From contig CAVJZP010000002.1 in assembly GCA_963654365.1 (NCBI GenBank), positions 639 through 64,638 on the forward strand: a DNA stretch of 64,000 bases, read 5' to 3'. This DNA is from Oscillospiraceae bacterium. GTDB lineage: Bacteria > Bacillota_I > Bacilli_A > RFN20 > CAG-288. The translations under genes and the position numbers were made by a program. Shown here piece by piece: positions 29,756-39,858 of this stretch (its first letter is position 1; the number at the start of each line of letters is the position of its first letter). Below the pieces are notes generated by a model. That model was given only the letters and a program-made list of their open reading frames with translations. It was not told the origin of the DNA and ran no database searches.

Positions 29756-30924
29756 TTTAATCTAGGTCCATCCAATTCAGTATCAAAGGAAGGCTTTCCG
29801 GATTTGACGTAAGGGAAGCCCTGATCATCCCAAAGCAACTTATCCATGAAAAGATGTCTTGTTCCAAAGGTATCATTGCTGGAATAGGAATGATAATAGA
29901 TCCAATAGTCACCGGCATCATCGACGATGACAGAATTATGTCCGCATCCGGCGATGTTCTCGTTGCCGACACCAGCCCAAAGGACCAGTTTTCCTTTTGT
30001 GGTACCGCCACCGGATTGGGTAAGAGGGAAATTGTTCGGATCCAGATAGGGGCCTGTGATGCTCTTGCTTCTTCCGCACATGACGCGGTAAGTGGAATTC
30101 TTTCCTTCGCAGCAGGTTCCAGAAGAGCCGAAGTAATAATAGTATTCGCCCTTCTTGATGATGTAGCCTCCTTCGTACTGGCTTCCATCCCAAGAGGATG
30201 GTCTTCCGCCGATCAATACTTTATTGTCATTCTGATAATCGAGACCGTCATAGAGAGTGATGGTTCCATCATCCTCCTGTTTGAGCTGAACGATGTAGTC
30301 TCCTTGGAAGGAGCCGACTGTCATATAGATATCACCGGTCTCTTCCTCGACAATGACATTAGGATCAATGGCATTCTCAATTCCGATTTCCTTATAACTG
30401 AAAAGCTTTCCTTGATCGACATAAGGTCCCGCGATATTGTCGCTGGTTCCATATCCGATGCCACAGCAGGATCCCCATCCGGAAAGAGAGTAAAAGTAAT
30501 ACCAAGTATCACCGATCTTCTGTACATCCGGTGCCCAGATATTCACACTCTTGCCAGGCTGTACTTCTTCTCCCCAAGTGGGGAAGTTGATGACGTTGTC
30601 ACCCTGTGCATAGACTTCCCAGTTGCAGCCGTCTTCACTGTGTAAGACAACACGGTCGGTAGAAAAACAATAGAATTCACCCGTATCCGGATCTCTTACG
30701 ACGGAGGGATCGGCAACTTCCGAATTGAACATCGTACCACTGGATGTTGTGACCATGACAGGGTTAGAGTAGGTAGAGGAGACAAGTTCAACCTCTTCGG
30801 TTGAGCCTTTGTCCGATTCCGTCGTCGGTGTCTCGTAATCCGTTTCTTCGCTTTTCTTCTCTATCGTTGTTCCACAGCTAGTAAGAAGTGCAATCATCGA
30901 TAACATAAGAATACTCTTTTTCAT
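29752..30924 (-). CDS. lipoprotein GH43 glycoside hydrolase
   Basis: Lipobox ALLTSC. ADPSVVRDPDTGEFYCFSTD and WAPDVQKIGDTWYYFYS. Confidence 0.6.
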   Translation of the reverse strand: MKKSILMLSMIALLTSCGTTIEKKSEETDYETPTTESDKGSTEEVELVSSTYSNPVMVTTSSGTMFNSEVADPSVVRDPDTGEFYCFSTDRVVLHSEDGCNWEVYAQGDNVINFPTWGEEVQPGKSVNIWAPDVQKIGDTWYYFYSLSGWGSCCGIGYGTSDNIAGPYVDQGKLFSYKEIGIENAIDPNVIVEEETGDIYMTVGSFQGDYIVQLKQEDDGTITLYDGLDYQNDNKVLIGGRPSSWDGSQYEGGYIIKKGEYYYYFGSSGTCCEGKNSTYRVMCGRSKSITGPYLDPNNFPLTQSGGGTTKGKLVLWAGVGNENIAGCGHNSVIVDDAGDYWIYYHSYSSNDTFGTRHLFMDKLLWDDQGFPYVKSGKPSFDTELDGPRLK

Positions 30925-30936
30925 AGATTTTTCCTC

Positions 30937-33024
30937 CTAATCTGCTTTTACCCAATCTGCAATCGTATCACCGCTATTGACATCGAAGACCAATACCTTG
31001 GAAGTGTCAAAGCTGAGATTGATCTCCTCATGCGGCTTGACTAAAGTGCCAGTAGAGATCTTAGCGACCATTTCCTTATTGTCAAAGGTGGTATGAAACA
31101 GAAGTTCGCTTCCGAGAAGCTCAACGACTTCGCTCTTGCAGGTGACAGGATCACTCTTTAAGGCGTCATGATATTCACTATCGAGATGGATGTGTTCCGG
31201 ACGGATACCGACACGGACACTGTGTGGTTTCTCTAAGGCATATTCATAACGGGAAAGAAGGTCGTTGAGAGTGATGAAGAGATTATTCGTCAAAACGATG
31301 GAACTATCCTTCATATGGATGACATTCTTATATCCGGAGACAGCCTTCTTGGCCTTTCCGTGTCTCTTGTTGTAGAAGAGAACTTCTTCCTTTCCTTCCT
31401 TATCCTTCTTTGTCTTGCTGAATGCCTGAACATTGTGGAGGATAGAGAGCTCTTTGCTTGTGATGCCTTTCAGGTTATATAAGGCATGATGGATGGTTTC
31501 GATTACCATTCTGACGCTCTTGATATCCGAAGCATCCATCGTTTCCAGAGCAGAAAGGATGACTTGGCCATCTTCATCAGCAGAAGCGATTTCCTCTCCG
31601 ATTCTCTTGATGTGATCAAAGCAGTCCTGCTCTTCCTGAGACAAGGCAAACGCCTCTTCTTTCTTGTCCGAAAGGATATCGGCCTTCAGTTTGTCGAGAT
31701 AGATGATGCCTTCCATCTTTCTGACTGCCGGCTTATTGAGCAGCTCTTTGGTCTGTGCGATTTTTCTCTTATAGAAATCATCATGGACTCTCTTATAGTC
31801 ATCGGATAGTTTGATTCGATATCCGTTATCGAATGCCAAGTAGCCATTGTCATAGGTTCCTTCAAAGATGTTCATGGCAGGAGAACCGATGAAAGTAGCG
31901 ACGAAGATATTGTTCGGATGATTATAGATGACGCTAGGCTCATCGATCTGCTGTACCCAGCCTTTGGACATGACAGCGATTCTTGTCGCCATCGTCATCG
32001 CTTCGGTCTGATCGTGCGTGACATAGATGGTCGTTGCTCCGATCTGTTCATGGATACGGACAATTTCACTTCTCATCTGAACTCTGAGTTTAGCATCGAG
32101 GTTGGAAAGTGGCTCGTCCATCAAGAAGAGTTTGGCATTTCTCACGATTGCTCTTCCTAAGGCGACACGCTGCATCTGACCGCCGGAGAGTTCCTTTGGT
32201 CTTCTGTCGAGATACGGACCAAGGTCAAGGATCTTGGCCGCTTCAAATACTTTCTGACGGATTTCGACAGAAGTGAGTCTTCTCTTGTAATGGACTGGAT
32301 TTGCGTTCTCATCAAGACACTGTAAGGTCTCCGGATTGATTGTCCATCCTTTCTTCTCGATGTTTGCATTTTCTTTTTCAATCTTAGCATCCAAGGATGA
32401 TAAGATATTGTCTTTTCTTTCGAGAATGTCATCGACAGATTTCGGAGCCGGTTTCAATATCAGCTTCATAGCCGAGTCACGGGCATGAAGCTTCGTGGCG
32501 CAGTAAATATAAGCCTTGGAACCTTTTACCTTGTTATCGACGCTTTCCATATAGGCATCATAAATCGCCTGTGGGTCCTGATAAAGTCTTTCGACATCTC
32601 TCTTGTCGAGCTGTTTCTCGGCCTGACGGATCTTATCATAGGATCTCACTTTCAAAGGGAAGGCGATGTTTTCATAAACAGTCATCTGCGGATAAAGCGC
32701 ATAGGACTGGAAGACCATGGAGATGTCACGGTTCTTGCTGGCGACATAGTTGGACAAGACTTTTCCGATATATAAGGAACCAGAGGAGATATCCTCAAGA
32801 CCTGCGATCATACGGAGCGTTGTCGATTTTCCACAGCCGGAAGGTCCGACCAGGACGATGAAATCCTTTGGCTGAATCTCGATGTTGAAATCATAGACGG
32901 CCTGAATTCCGTTAGGATAGATCTTGTTGATGTCCTTCAATTCGACAAAGGACTTCACATTCTCATTGACGATGTTTCCGTCCACTGTCTTGAACTCTTC
33001 ATTTTCCTGTATGGCGTTATTCAT
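30937..33024 (-). CDS. MsmK/MalK-family sugar ABC ATPase, unusually long (about 695 aa) with large insertions
   Basis: Walker A GPSGCGKST, Q-loop, signature LSGGQMQRVALGRA, Walker B LFLMDEPLSNLD and a TOBE-like tail. There is an insertion of about 170 aa between the Q-loop and the signature, and about 250 extra aa C-terminally. Start at MNNAIQ (ATG 33024, RBS AAGGAGG); the ORF-track start at 33057 would overlap the GH2 gene. Confidence 0.75.
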   Translation of the reverse strand: MNNAIQENEEFKTVDGNIVNENVKSFVELKDINKIYPNGIQAVYDFNIEIQPKDFIVLVGPSGCGKSTTLRMIAGLEDISSGSLYIGKVLSNYVASKNRDISMVFQSYALYPQMTVYENIAFPLKVRSYDKIRQAEKQLDKRDVERLYQDPQAIYDAYMESVDNKVKGSKAYIYCATKLHARDSAMKLILKPAPKSVDDILERKDNILSSLDAKIEKENANIEKKGWTINPETLQCLDENANPVHYKRRLTSVEIRQKVFEAAKILDLGPYLDRRPKELSGGQMQRVALGRAIVRNAKLFLMDEPLSNLDAKLRVQMRSEIVRIHEQIGATTIYVTHDQTEAMTMATRIAVMSKGWVQQIDEPSVIYNHPNNIFVATFIGSPAMNIFEGTYDNGYLAFDNGYRIKLSDDYKRVHDDFYKRKIAQTKELLNKPAVRKMEGIIYLDKLKADILSDKKEEAFALSQEEQDCFDHIKRIGEEIASADEDGQVILSALETMDASDIKSVRMVIETIHHALYNLKGITSKELSILHNVQAFSKTKKDKEGKEEVLFYNKRHGKAKKAVSGYKNVIHMKDSSIVLTNNLFITLNDLLSRYEYALEKPHSVRVGIRPEHIHLDSEYHDALKSDPVTCKSEVVELLGSELLFHTTFDNKEMVAKISTGTLVKPHEEINLSFDTSKVLVFDVNSGDTIADWVKAD

Positions 33025-33034
33025 ATGTGCCTCC

Positions 33035-34792
33035 TTATTTGACAAAGAGCTTATCATTCAAAGCTCTGATTTCCTTCGGATCTGCCTTATACTTTCTATC
33101 GAATGTCAGTAATCCATTGACTTCCTGCTCGACATCGGTCAGCTGCGTATAGCAGATACCGACAATGCAATCCGATTCTTCGATTGCCTTATAGATTCTT
33201 GTCAGTTCCCTGACATAATCCTTTTCATCTTTGCATGTGGTATATCCCCATGCATTTCCATCTCCGGTATCCTTGTTGAAGGCGATGCCGCCAAACTCAC
33301 TCAGCAAGATTGGCTGACCTTCATCCTCATATCCAGGGTTGAGAATGAACCTGCGGATATTATCGTAATTGAGAATGCTCTTTCTTGTCTTCAGAGCTTT
33401 TCGGAAGCGGAGATAGGTCTCTTCATCTCCTTCTTTTCCGTGTCCATAATTATGGACGGTGATAAGGTCACTCTTGCACTGCTCCCAGCCATCATTGGAG
33501 ATGACGAGTCGAGTGGAATCCAAAGAGTGAATCAGATCGTAGAGGGAGAGAGCAAAGCTTTGAATCTCTTTATCATAGGGAATGCCCTCTACACCCCAGG
33601 ACTCATTCAATGGAGTATAACCGATGATAGAGGGATGATTGTAGTTGTTTTTGACAATATCGATCCATTCATTGAGCATCCTTCTGGGAGAGTCTTTGTC
33701 GTATCCGTAATTGGATGCGCATTCCTGGAAGACATAGAATCCCATCTTATCCGCGAGATAGAGGAAGTAGGGGTCTTCGCACTTCTGATGGATTCGACAT
33801 CCATTGAAGCCCATTTCTTTCATCATCTTAATGTCATTTTCCATCTCTTCGATGGATTTGGAAGTCAAAAGACCACCTGGATAATAGCCTTGATTCAGTA
33901 CAAGTTTAAGATAAACTGGTGCCTGATTGATTGTCACATATCCATCTTTTGTTCCGACTTCTCTGAAACCGAAATAGGAAGAGACTTTATGTGTGACTCT
34001 GCCATCCTTATCCTTCAGAATCAGTGTCAGATCAAAGAGGAAAGGATGTTCAAAACTCCAGATTCTCTCATTGACGAAATCGTCCGGAAGAGAGATGACG
34101 TATTGTTTTTTCTTCTTGTCGACGTTGAAAGTGAACTCCTTCTCATCATTATCATTCTTGATGATGAAGGAAAGCGTCCCTTCTTCTGTTGTCAGCTTCA
34201 CATCAAAGCGAAGGGTGTATTTATCCAGGGTTGTCGTGAGATAGAAGGATGAGATTCTCTTTTCGTTGACCACTTCCATCCATACGGATTTGTAGATGCC
34301 GCTTGTTCTAGTGTAGAAGATAGCATGACTCTTCTCTTCCCAATCCTGTTTTCCTCTTGGGATGGAGCGGTCTTGGCTCGGATCAAAGCAGGACAGGACA
34401 AGATCATTCTCACCTTCCTTGATATAATCCGTCACATCGAGGACAAATCCGCCATTAGAGCCTGTATGCTCCCCTACCTTGAATCCGTTGACATAACAGA
34501 TTGCAAGATAATCCACGCCTTCAAAGTGAATCAAAAGCCTTTCATCCTCTTTCATCTCCGGCTTATGGAAGGTCCTATGGTACCACATGTAATCGTGGAA
34601 GGACGTATCATGGATGAGAGAGAGTTCGGACTGGAAGCAGAAAGGGACTTCAATCTTTCTGGAATAGGAATGATTCAGAAACCAATGTTCTTTTGTTCCG
34701 ACATTGCTATCGTCGAAATCAAAATCCCATGGTCCATTGAGGCTATAGAAGGATTCCCCTTTGAAATCAGGGCGTGGATATTCGTTGCGCAT
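33035..34792 (-). CDS. glycoside hydrolase family 2 (cytoplasmic)
   Basis: LNGPWDF, FEGVDYLAICYVNGFKVGEHTGSNGGF (GH2 sugar-binding domain) and TIM-barrel regions. Confidence 0.6.
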   Translation of the reverse strand: MRNEYPRPDFKGESFYSLNGPWDFDFDDSNVGTKEHWFLNHSYSRKIEVPFCFQSELSLIHDTSFHDYMWYHRTFHKPEMKEDERLLIHFEGVDYLAICYVNGFKVGEHTGSNGGFVLDVTDYIKEGENDLVLSCFDPSQDRSIPRGKQDWEEKSHAIFYTRTSGIYKSVWMEVVNEKRISSFYLTTTLDKYTLRFDVKLTTEEGTLSFIIKNDNDEKEFTFNVDKKKKQYVISLPDDFVNERIWSFEHPFLFDLTLILKDKDGRVTHKVSSYFGFREVGTKDGYVTINQAPVYLKLVLNQGYYPGGLLTSKSIEEMENDIKMMKEMGFNGCRIHQKCEDPYFLYLADKMGFYVFQECASNYGYDKDSPRRMLNEWIDIVKNNYNHPSIIGYTPLNESWGVEGIPYDKEIQSFALSLYDLIHSLDSTRLVISNDGWEQCKSDLITVHNYGHGKEGDEETYLRFRKALKTRKSILNYDNIRRFILNPGYEDEGQPILLSEFGGIAFNKDTGDGNAWGYTTCKDEKDYVRELTRIYKAIEESDCIVGICYTQLTDVEQEVNGLLTFDRKYKADPKEIRALNDKLFVK

Positions 34793-34801
34793 AAGTTCTC
34801 C

Positions 34802-35746
34802 TTAACGTTTGATGCCGGCGCTTGCCATGCCTTCGATGATCTTATTTGCTGCGATCAGATACATGACAAACACAGGAAGTAAGCAGATGACACCGCCAGC
34901 CAAGGCTGTGCCGATCAAATCAGAAGTCTTCGAATTGTTGATGATATAGGCCATACCGACCTGAAGAGTCCATAGTTTGGAATCTTTGACACCGTATAGC
35001 ATCTGCGGCCAGACGAGATCGTTCCATCCGCCCATAAAGCCGAACAAGCCCTGAACGAAGAGAACTGTCTTTCCTAACGGAAGCACGATTCTTGTATAGA
35101 TCTTTAGGTTCGAATAGCCATCCATCTTCGCCGATTCGATCAGATCCTTTGGAATAGAGGAGAAGAAGGTGCGGATCAGATACATTCCGTATACGCCACC
35201 TAATCCAGGAAGGATCAAGGCGAGATACGATTTGTTCAGACCGACTTTGAAGATGTTGACCTGGTTACCGACCGCGGTCGCTGTTCCAGGGATGACCATC
35301 GTTGCGACAATGATAGCGAAGAGAAGGTTGCGGAAGCGGAAGTCGATGAAGGTAAAGGCATAGGCGGCTAACGATGCGACAAGAAGGTATAAGACCGTTC
35401 CGCCGATAGCCGAGATGCAGGAGTTGAGGAACCATCTTCCGATATCGTAATCGACCGTAGAGTTGTGAATGATTCCGTCCGGATATTCACCTAAGAGCAG
35501 AATCTTATAGTTTTCCAATGTGTAACCGGAATGCGGATAGAAGAGTTCTTTCGGATAGAAGGTGGTATCGTTATGTCCTCGTAAGGAACCGCAAGCCATG
35601 ATGACAAAAGGCATAACCCAGATGACGCAGAAGACAAGAAGGACGACGAAGGAAACAATCTTGGAAGTAGGAATGGCTCTCTTTTTGGTCTCTTTGGCCT
35701 TAAGTGAGCCAACATACTGTTCGGTGGTTAGCTTATACGTTGCCAT
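34802..35746 (-). CDS. carbohydrate ABC transporter permease (MalG-like)
   Basis: Multi-TM protein with an EAA-like loop. RBS GGAGGAA. Confidence 0.75.
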   Translation of the reverse strand: MATYKLTTEQYVGSLKAKETKKRAIPTSKIVSFVVLLVFCVIWVMPFVIMACGSLRGHNDTTFYPKELFYPHSGYTLENYKILLLGEYPDGIIHNSTVDYDIGRWFLNSCISAIGGTVLYLLVASLAAYAFTFIDFRFRNLLFAIIVATMVIPGTATAVGNQVNIFKVGLNKSYLALILPGLGGVYGMYLIRTFFSSIPKDLIESAKMDGYSNLKIYTRIVLPLGKTVLFVQGLFGFMGGWNDLVWPQMLYGVKDSKLWTLQVGMAYIINNSKTSDLIGTALAGGVICLLPVFVMYLIAANKIIEGMASAGIKR

Positions 35747-36795
35747 TTTTTGTATTCCTCCGAATGTTTGTTTCCTGATTTCCTATCCCTTGTGCACCAC
35801 ATCTGGAAGCCGGAGATGAGTCCGACTAAGATTGCATAGACGATAGAAGCCGCCGCGCCTAATCCATAGATGGTCTCCTTGAAGTTGGCGTTGTTGGCGA
35901 CGATATCCTGAATGAAGTAGATGACAGTAGAAGTCTGACCGGAACCCGGAAGCGTTGTCGCCTTCGGTCCACCGCCAGAGAGAACATAGTTCTGACCGTA
36001 CAGTCCTAAATAGCCGATGATTGTCGTAAAGAGGCAAAGGACTAACTGGCCTTTGATTCCAGGGATTGTAACCGCTCCGACCTTCTTCAAAGCAGAGCAT
36101 CCGTCCATGGAAGCTGCCTCATACAAGGATTTCGGAACATTCTGAAGACCAGCGGAGAGAATGATGAAGTTTCCACCCCATCCTCCCCAGAGGCACATCA
36201 GGAAAATTGGAATCCAGGCATAAGGAACATCGACCGTATATTTTCCGATGTTGAAGCTGAACCAGACATCATCGAAGAAGCGGATGTTCGTATTGAAGAA
36301 TTCGTTGAAGAGACCGTGGCTGTTCTTGTCCATGAAGAAGAGCATGAAGATGGTGCCAGCGGCTGTAAGAGGAACGATGGAAGGAAGGTAGATCATCGCA
36401 CGGAAGATCTTATATCCCGGAGGCTTGATGTTGACTAAGATGGCTAGTCCTAAAGGAAGGAAGACAGCGATCGGGACCATCACGATAGAGAAGAAGAAAG
36501 AGTTGGCAAAGGATTTCCAGAAGTTGGCGGAAAGCTTTGCAGAGACACTGATTGTCGGATCTCCGAAGAGGACGCGGTACCAGTAAAAGGCATTGTATTT
36601 GGCTTCTCCTGGAGCGGAAAAACGGAAGTTAGAAAGAGAGATCTTGATTCCGTAAATCAAAGGAATGATGAAGAAGCAAATAAACGCGACAAGGAACGGC
36701 GCCAGAAAGAGCAGTGCCGTTCCATATCGTTTCGCGATTGATTTTGCCTTTGACCCCTTTAACGCATCCATTTCCATTGCGTTAGAGTGAGTCAT
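35728..36795 (-). CDS. carbohydrate ABC transporter permease (MalF-like)
   Basis: Multi-TM protein overlapping the neighbouring permease. Confidence 0.75.
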   Translation of the reverse strand: MTHSNAMEMDALKGSKAKSIAKRYGTALLFLAPFLVAFICFFIIPLIYGIKISLSNFRFSAPGEAKYNAFYWYRVLFGDPTISVSAKLSANFWKSFANSFFFSIVMVPIAVFLPLGLAILVNIKPPGYKIFRAMIYLPSIVPLTAAGTIFMLFFMDKNSHGLFNEFFNTNIRFFDDVWFSFNIGKYTVDVPYAWIPIFLMCLWGGWGGNFIILSAGLQNVPKSLYEAASMDGCSALKKVGAVTIPGIKGQLVLCLFTTIIGYLGLYGQNYVLSGGGPKATTLPGSGQTSTVIYFIQDIVANNANFKETIYGLGAAASIVYAILVGLISGFQMWCTRDRKSGNKHSEEYKKWQRIS

Positions 36796-36798
36796 AGT

Positions 36799-38439
36799 TT
36801 ATCCGAGCATATTGAGATCCAAGGCGGCCTGTCCATCGGATGCTGCTTTGTTGATCAATTCCAATGCCTGATCTTCGGTGCATCCGCTATTGGTCTTCAG
36901 CTGAGACTGGACAAGAGAGACAGCGTTGGCAAGGGCGTTGAAGACGGTTGTCTCATACGGCAAGCCTTCCATGGCGACGATGTCGGCCGGATCACCTAAA
37001 GCGCGGAGAGTAAGGTTCTTCGAGCAATAGTTGTTATATTCTTCGGATTCATAGACATTCTTGTAGGCAGGGATATGTCCAGAGTTGCACCAGGTGGCAA
37101 GATGATAGGTATCGGTATCTTCATCCTTGCCCTGTGTGAACCAGTTGACGAATGTCATGGCTGCAGCAGCAGACTGAGAAGAGGTGATATGCTGGGTGAG
37201 AGAGATGGCGTGACCGTTTCCGTACCACTTGCTTCCGTTCTCTGTATCCTTGTTGGCATCGAGCGTCCACCAGCCAGTAGGACGGGAAGCGGTATAAGGA
37301 GTGTTGTAGATAGGATCACTAGCATCTTCTTCTGTGACGCCTAAGCTTCCAGCCTTCTTCAGTTCGGTGCTGTTCCACTGCAAGGTGTAGGTCTGAGAAA
37401 CCCACCAAGGTCCTTCTGGGAAGAAGACGGTATTTCCGGCTCCGAACATTTCGGTATTGGTGCCAGAGGCATCGGACATGAGTCGATTGTTATAACGATT
37501 CACCTGATCAAGGATGTATGTCTTGAAGCCCTCGTTTTCCTGGAAGGTGATGGTATTGCCATCAGAAGAGCACATGCTTCCGCCATTGGCATAAAGAGCG
37601 GAGAGTCCATCGGGATCAGTGGACTGGAAGAATTCGGGATAGAAGGTATTCTTGCCGGCCTTTTTCCAAGTATGGTCTTTTCCTTTGTTCAGGTCTCTGG
37701 TCCAGAGTTCACCAGCATCGGCCTTGTCTCTCAGGCTCTGAAGGAGTTCTTGATATTCCTGACGGGAATTCGGAACGAAACGGGTATTGCCATCAAAGCC
37801 TAACTCGTTCTTCTTGATGATATCCTGACGGATAGAGGTGACAAATCCGTGGGCATCCATCGGAACCGCATATCTGGAACCGGCAAACTTGGTGACACGG
37901 TCGATATTGGAATAGACGCTGGAGTAATCGGTCTTGACCTTTGTCTTCTTCTCGATTTCATCCAAGGGAAGAAGATAGCCAAGGTTAGCATATTCGGCTG
38001 TCTTCTCATTGTGCATGACTAAGACATCCGGCATGGAATCCTTATCGGTGGTGAAGGTGTTGTTCAAATTGGTGTAGAAGTCATAGTGACCGATATAGGT
38101 CATGTTGAGATGGATAAGGCCAGAATATTCTTCGTTGAACTTGGTGATGAGACTGTTGTAGACGGTCTGATCGGGATCACCGATGATGCACCACACCTTC
38201 AGTTCGACCTGATCCTCAAATGTGACATTTCCTTCTTCGTCAAGAGTAAGGTCATCAGCGAGCTGATCAAGGTTTTTGATTCTCTTGGAATTATCCGGAA
38301 CCGGAGAATCCGTTGACTTGTCGCCAGAAGTCTTATCGTCTTTTCCCGTATCGGATGAGCCACCGCAGGAAACGAGCGTAGAGATCATCAAGAGAGAAAG
38401 CAAACCAGAACGTAACAGACTGTTTTTGTGCTTAAGCAT
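36799..38439 (-). CDS. extracellular solute-binding lipoprotein of a sugar ABC importer
   Basis: Lipobox STLVSC, 546 aa, RBS AGGAGG. First gene of the SBP-permease-permease unit. Confidence 0.75.
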   Translation of the reverse strand: MLKHKNSLLRSGLLSLLMISTLVSCGGSSDTGKDDKTSGDKSTDSPVPDNSKRIKNLDQLADDLTLDEEGNVTFEDQVELKVWCIIGDPDQTVYNSLITKFNEEYSGLIHLNMTYIGHYDFYTNLNNTFTTDKDSMPDVLVMHNEKTAEYANLGYLLPLDEIEKKTKVKTDYSSVYSNIDRVTKFAGSRYAVPMDAHGFVTSIRQDIIKKNELGFDGNTRFVPNSRQEYQELLQSLRDKADAGELWTRDLNKGKDHTWKKAGKNTFYPEFFQSTDPDGLSALYANGGSMCSSDGNTITFQENEGFKTYILDQVNRYNNRLMSDASGTNTEMFGAGNTVFFPEGPWWVSQTYTLQWNSTELKKAGSLGVTEEDASDPIYNTPYTASRPTGWWTLDANKDTENGSKWYGNGHAISLTQHITSSQSAAAAMTFVNWFTQGKDEDTDTYHLATWCNSGHIPAYKNVYESEEYNNYCSKNLTLRALGDPADIVAMEGLPYETTVFNALANAVSLVQSQLKTNSGCTEDQALELINKAASDGQAALDLNMLG

Positions 38440-38570
38440 GTTTTATATCCTCCTATTTGAAAGACGCACTCAATGTATTTTTCTCAATACGATTATAGTA
38501 TCTAAAAAAGGGCTTTCAGTTTCAATAAAATGATACCATTAATAATAATGCTTCTTTTGTTGTCTTACAT

Positions 38571-38593
38571 TAAAAAAGCCCGAATTATCGGGC
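38571..38593 (-). terminator. intrinsic terminator overlapping the stop of the membrane-protein gene
   Basis: Minus-strand GCCCGA-uaau-UCGGGC followed by UUUUUUAAU. Confidence 0.65.
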
Positions 38594-39849
38594 TAATAAT
38601 CTCTTCCAGAATTCATTTCCTCATCGGTAGATTCGCCTTGGTTTCTCTTATCTTTCAGCCTGACTTTGAAAAGCATTTCAAGAAGGGTTTCCCTATCCGG
38701 ATAGAACAAAGAGGGAATATAGTTGACAAGGAGAAGGAAGATAGGAAGAACAATGATCCAGACTAATGACATGTTTCCGATGAATGGAGTGAACATCGAG
38801 TCAAACACACCATTGAAAGGGGGAAGCATATAGAAGAGAGATAGAATCGGCATATAGCCAAAGACACCTAAGAAGGAAGTGAGAAGCGTGTAATACCATT
38901 TGCTATCCTTTCCTTCTGCATCCGCAAGATACAAGGAGAAGATCTTCCTTGAAAAGGTCTGGCCGTGACGGAAGATCAGTTTCGGTAAAACAATAGTGAG
39001 AAGATAAGAGAGGATAAGGGATACGATAAGAGCGTAGTTGAGAAGTCTTCCCTCATTGGATAAAGCGTTCCGATAAACGAGATAATGAGTGGAATAATAT
39101 GGTTCTACCTTGATGCATAAGGACTCCGCGGAAGTGAGAAAAGAGCTATAGGTGGAATGGAAAGCGGAATAATAGGATTCTCCGTCATTGTAGACCGATT
39201 GGTTGACATCATTCTTCTCCTCAGTCAGATAGACAAAGAGGGAATAGGCGATATGGGACTGAAGGATAGGAAGCGAGTTGATATCCGAATAGGAGAAGTA
39301 AGAGGAGATGGAACTGTTTTTGTATAGGTTATAGACGTATAAGGCAGCATTGTCTCCCTGATAGGTGACTACCTTATATTCCTGCTTTGGAACATAGACC
39401 GTATAGAAGTAGCTGATATCATCATTGGTTAAAGATGCCACTCCGTATTTGGCTAACTTGGAATTCTCCTTGATGACATAGTCCGTAAACTGGGGTGTCT
39501 CTAATTTCTCATCATAGGTCTTATAGGAGAGATAGATTGCTTTTGAGATATTCTCTAACACTAAGACATCTTCATCCTTTCTTGTTGTCTTTCCCTCATC
39601 GAGGAAGGAGACAAGATGGGTTTCAGAGATATACTGATTGTAATACTGAATCTCTTCCTGAACCATGTTCTCACTTGCCTTGTAAGAGGAGGAATTCTTA
39701 AAGAGAGGAAGGAAGCCTAAGGACAAGAGATAACAGACAAGAGAAAGAAGCACAAAGTCAACAAAGAAGCAAACAAAACGCTTACCCGGTCTGACCGGGT
39801 AAGCGTTCCTTAATTGCAAGTTGGTTTCAAGTTGTTTCTGAGAATTCAT
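38593..39849 (-). CDS. membrane protein with a split RDD-like domain and a large Ser/Tyr-rich extracellular insertion
   Basis: RPGKRFVCFFVDFVLL at the N-terminus and RHGQTFSRKIFSLYL before the C-terminal TM segments. No RBS evident. Confidence 0.4.
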   Translation of the reverse strand: MNSQKQLETNLQLRNAYPVRPGKRFVCFFVDFVLLSLVCYLLSLGFLPLFKNSSSYKASENMVQEEIQYYNQYISETHLVSFLDEGKTTRKDEDVLVLENISKAIYLSYKTYDEKLETPQFTDYVIKENSKLAKYGVASLTNDDISYFYTVYVPKQEYKVVTYQGDNAALYVYNLYKNSSISSYFSYSDINSLPILQSHIAYSLFVYLTEEKNDVNQSVYNDGESYYSAFHSTYSSFLTSAESLCIKVEPYYSTHYLVYRNALSNEGRLLNYALIVSLILSYLLTIVLPKLIFRHGQTFSRKIFSLYLADAEGKDSKWYYTLLTSFLGVFGYMPILSLFYMLPPFNGVFDSMFTPFIGNMSLVWIIVLPIFLLLVNYIPSLFYPDRETLLEMLFKVRLKDKRNQGESTDEEMNSGRDY

Positions 39850-39858
39850 TGATAGTTT

